In this document: positions 61,046 through 64,000 of the stretch, in pieces
How positions within the stretch are numbered: position 1 is the stretch's first letter
Layout: the number at the start of each line of letters is the position of its first letter
Assembly: GCA_036339465.1 (NCBI GenBank)
Contig: JAYZAY010000026.1
Span: 1-64,000 of the forward strand
Direction: 5' to 3'
Length of the DNA stretch: 64,000 nt
Origin: Myxococcota bacterium
Lineage (GTDB): Bacteria; Myxococcota; XYA12-FULL-58-9; JABJBS01
The notes under the pieces: model-generated
Seen by the model: only the letters and a program-made list of their open reading frames with translations
Database searches by the model: none
Told to the model about the DNA's origin: nothing
Made by a program: the position numbers and the translations under genes

Positions 61046-62638
61046 TTAGAAACTCGCATTCTTTCGGCGATTCTCACGACGACGCCAACGTAGCAAACCC
61101 AACAAGATGAAAAGCGCCGGCAGACCCGCAATATTCCCGTACTTGATCGAAGCCCGCGTGGCACCTGTCAACTCATCCAAAGGAGCAGCCCCTAAACCAC
61201 GAGACCTCACCGCCAACAATTGTTCATCGAGGAGCAACCAATCCATTAAGTTAAGTGCAAGTGCCTCATTGGCTTTCCCCATAAATTGGTCTCGAATGAA
61301 ACCACTTGAACCAACCACCACAAGCCTACTGCTTTCTGTGCCAACTGACCCTTCTGCCTGCCCGAGTGCACTTTGCAAAGGGCCGGTGACCGTCGCTAAA
61401 ATCCCATGTTGCGACTGTTGACCCACGCCATCATAAGTCCACTCCTGAAATGGGTCCAGATTGGGTGGAAGTCCTTGGAGCCACCCCTTATTAGAAGACT
61501 GGATCACCACTTCACTTCCCTTTGAATCCGCCACAGAAACCACCGTCGAGAATGGAAAAGCCACCGCTGGGAGCCCTCGAGTTAAGGGGTGCCCCGCCTT
61601 GTAGTTCTCCGTGGTGGGCAAAAAAGGATAGGGGACGGGTTGCGCGATGCGCATAAAACCACGTTGTTGACTCACATTAATCGTGGCGCAATTTTCATCC
61701 AAAACAAGATCTTGGCCGAGAGCCACTCCATACCCTTGAAGTAAATCAGAAAGTCCATGAACGAGGGGTGTGGCTTGAAGAGTCTGAAAATCAACACCCA
61801 CTGAATCCAAGAGAAAGGCCACCGCTTTCCCACGCATCACAAAGTCATCGATCTTCGCAATTTCTGGAGCAGTAAGCGCGGTTTTTGGCCCCGCCACCAC
61901 CAGCGCATCTACTTCATCGCCCAAGTCTTGAGTCGTGATATCTCGCGTCTCCAAATCATAATTCTGTCCTAAAAGGCCCCACAAACGAGCCATCTCTTCC
62001 TGAGGCTTGGGCGTATCGTGTCCTTCTAAAAAGACAATTTTCGGAATTCTCGAGCGGGTCATTTTCTTAATGAGCGTGGTGAGGTCATACTCCAAAGACT
62101 CGGTCTGCTGCACCACGGGAATCACTTCTGTTTGATCCCCATGACGAATCGCCAACCCCATATAGACCCGCTTCACCTCCAATTTATCGTCCTGGTTCAC
62201 ACGAAGTTGCACCGGAGGAATCCCCAAGGTCTGCAATTGCTTCTCTACCTCAGTGGCCTCCCGAACCGCCCGACCAAAAATATCCTGTTGTACATTCTTT
62301 TTCTTGTCTTTATCCTCCTGGCTTTCGGCTTCCAAGGGGTCAATGAATTCGTAGCGTAAATTGCCGAAGCCCCGATTGTAGTATTCATCCAGAAGGTCTT
62401 TCACGTATCGGGCGTTGTTTGAGTAGGGAGGGGGAACATCCTTCGTAAAATACGCCTGAATCGTGACCGGATCTTCTAAAACCGCCAAGGTTGAAAGTGT
62501 TGCTTCACTGAGGGTAAATTGCCCATCCTTGGTCATGTCAAGGCGCCCAAAAACCTCAAGCCCCAAGATATTTACCAGGATGAGAATACCTAAGACCGCA
62601 ATCACATATGCATTTGTGCCCAAGTTTCGTTTTGCCAT
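61046..62638 (-). CDS. GldG-family ABC transporter auxiliary subunit
   Basis: RLDMTKDGQFTLSEAT, EYDLT, FLEGH, LVVAGP, NLMDWL and IKYGN..C-terminal TM. Confidence 0.9.
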   Translation of the reverse strand: MAKRNLGTNAYVIAVLGILILVNILGLEVFGRLDMTKDGQFTLSEATLSTLAVLEDPVTIQAYFTKDVPPPYSNNARYVKDLLDEYYNRGFGNLRYEFIDPLEAESQEDKDKKKNVQQDIFGRAVREATEVEKQLQTLGIPPVQLRVNQDDKLEVKRVYMGLAIRHGDQTEVIPVVQQTESLEYDLTTLIKKMTRSRIPKIVFLEGHDTPKPQEEMARLWGLLGQNYDLETRDITTQDLGDEVDALVVAGPKTALTAPEIAKIDDFVMRGKAVAFLLDSVGVDFQTLQATPLVHGLSDLLQGYGVALGQDLVLDENCATINVSQQRGFMRIAQPVPYPFLPTTENYKAGHPLTRGLPAVAFPFSTVVSVADSKGSEVVIQSSNKGWLQGLPPNLDPFQEWTYDGVGQQSQHGILATVTGPLQSALGQAEGSVGTESSRLVVVGSSGFIRDQFMGKANEALALNLMDWLLLDEQLLAVRSRGLGAAPLDELTGATRASIKYGNIAGLPALFILLGLLRWRRRENRRKNASF

Positions 62639-62651
62639 AATTCAGTTCTCC

Positions 62652-63371
62652 CTATGCCTGTTCACTGCCTAAAGATCGGATCGTCAAAAAGAGCCCCCCG
62701 ATAATTAACGAAAGATAATAAAGAACGTCCCGAGTATCGATCACACCTCGCGAAAGATTATCCAAATGAAAGCTGGTGGACAGATATTCCACAATCCCAG
62801 CCATTCCCTGGGGCATGAAAAACTGAAGCCAGTAGACAAAATACAAGCCGCTACAAATCATAAAGCTCAAAATAAACGCGACAATTTGATTGTCTGTTAG
62901 GGATGAACACCACAAGCCAATGGAGACCATGGCGGCCACAAAGAGAAAGAGCCCGAAATAACCACTTAGGATCGGTCCCCAATCCAAGGGCCCTATAGCC
63001 GAAATACAAAGCGCATAAACCAACGTAGAAAATAATCCCACAGACAAAAGCCCCATGGCGGCCAAGAATTTTCCCAATACAACCTCTGTATCCGTCAGAG
63101 GCATGGTGGTCAGTAGCTCAAGGGTGCCACTCTTTTTCTCTTCAGAAATTAATCGCATGGTCACCGCAGGGACAATCACCACCAACAACATGGACGGCGA
63201 AAACGGTGACGGCGCAAAAAACGTCCGCATGTCTGCGCGTTCCATGAGGAAGAAAGAACTAAAAAACATCCAGCCTGCCACCAGGAGGAAAGAACCAATC
63301 ACAATATAAGCGACCGGTGAATCAAAATAGCTCGCCAACTCTTTCTTGGCGATTGCACGCACATTCCGCAT
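62652..63371 (-). CDS. GldF-like ABC-2 permease
   Basis: KKELASYFDSPVAY, TMRLISEEKKSGTLELL, SSLTDNQIVA and RGVIDTRD motifs. Confidence 0.93.
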   Translation of the reverse strand: MRNVRAIAKKELASYFDSPVAYIVIGSFLLVAGWMFFSSFFLMERADMRTFFAPSPFSPSMLLVVIVPAVTMRLISEEKKSGTLELLTTMPLTDTEVVLGKFLAAMGLLSVGLFSTLVYALCISAIGPLDWGPILSGYFGLFLFVAAMVSIGLWCSSLTDNQIVAFILSFMICSGLYFVYWLQFFMPQGMAGIVEYLSTSFHLDNLSRGVIDTRDVLYYLSLIIGGLFLTIRSLGSEQA

Positions 63372-63372
63372 C

Positions 63373-64000
63373 TTATACCTCCTCGGCTCGAGTCAGTTGT
63401 CTAAAGGTATCCTCAAGGGAGATCCGCTCCCGATACATATCCAAAATAATCGCATTTTCATCCACCACAGTGTTGAATATATCGGCTCGAGGGTCTTCTC
63501 TCCCCTCGACCGACACTGTGTAGCCGCGTTCATGCTCGGCCAAATCGTTCGATTCGACTTCCAAAACCTTCAAGACCCCAGGCAACTGAACCAGGAGGCC
63601 CTGCATTCGTTCACCATCCAAGGGCGTGCCATTTTTGGGGCACATAGTCACCCTCAATATTGTACCCGACTGCCTGGCCATCAAAGCCTCAGTGGCTTCA
63701 TCCGCCACCAGTTTGCCTTCATTAATGATAATAATTCGACCACAAGTAGCTTCCACTTCGGGAAGAATGTGGGTCGATAGCAAGATGGTCTTTTCCCGCC
63801 CCAATTCTTTGATCAACTCGCGGATCTCAATAATCTGGTTGGGGTCAAGTCCGGAGGTCGGTTCATCCAAAATTAAGAGGTCCGGATCATGAATCATGGC
63901 CTGAGCCAGACCGACTCTCTGACGATATCCCTTGGACAATTGCCCTAGGTCTTTCCCCAAAACATCCATAACACCACAACGTTCACCTATCTCCCGCATT
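63373..64000 (-). CDS. GldA-like ABC transporter ATP-binding protein (5' end outside the window)
   Basis: LSKGYRQRVGLAQA, ILDEPTSGLDPNQI and LSTHILPEV motifs. Confidence 0.93.
   Translation of the reverse strand, partial: MREIGERCGVMDVLGKDLGQLSKGYRQRVGLAQAMIHDPDLLILDEPTSGLDPNQIIEIRELIKELGREKTILLSTHILPEVEATCGRIIIINEGKLVADEATEALMARQSGTILRVTMCPKNGTPLDGERMQGLLVQLPGVLKVLEVESNDLAEHERGYTVSVEGREDPRADIFNTVVDENAIILDMYRERISLEDTFRQLTRAEEV

Overview
A bacterial chromosome segment of about 50% GC. Gene content and a MYXO-CTERM-like motif suggest Myxococcota or a related deltaproteobacterial lineage (inference). The left ~12 kb holds a Cys-rich repeat lipoprotein, a SWIM-SNF2 helicase, a Dus enzyme, tkt, tyrA, an orphan HisKA_3 kinase and an Ord/DapB-like dehydrogenase. 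The right ~15 kb holds a rhomboid protease, a MutS-V ATPase, a YgjP-like protein, manB/manC, a Nudix hydrolase, uppP, metK and a GldAFG/DUF4340 ABC system. The centre (16675-48359, minus strand) is a tightly packed, probably co-transcribed 12-gene locus of about 31.7 kb. In order it encodes: a tandem-PilZ membrane protein, a degenerate NlpC/P60-like lipoprotein, a TonB-like single-pass protein, three exported helical/TPR-like proteins, one ExbB/TolQ and two ExbD/TolR subunits, a lipoprotein, a 6164-aa giant protein and a second degenerate NlpC/P60-like lipoprotein. The giant protein has a degenerate metalloprotease-like head, ~82 Cys/Asp repeats, an internal MYXO-CTERM-like segment, a second signal-like peptide and a TraB-like beta-barrel. 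This locus is the best candidate for an undescribed PMF-powered, c-di-GMP-linked surface adhesin system. Two housekeeping genes (tyrA, uppP) appear to need CTG start codons. No rRNA, tRNA, CRISPR array or transposase was recognised. All family calls come from motif recognition by eye, not database searches.
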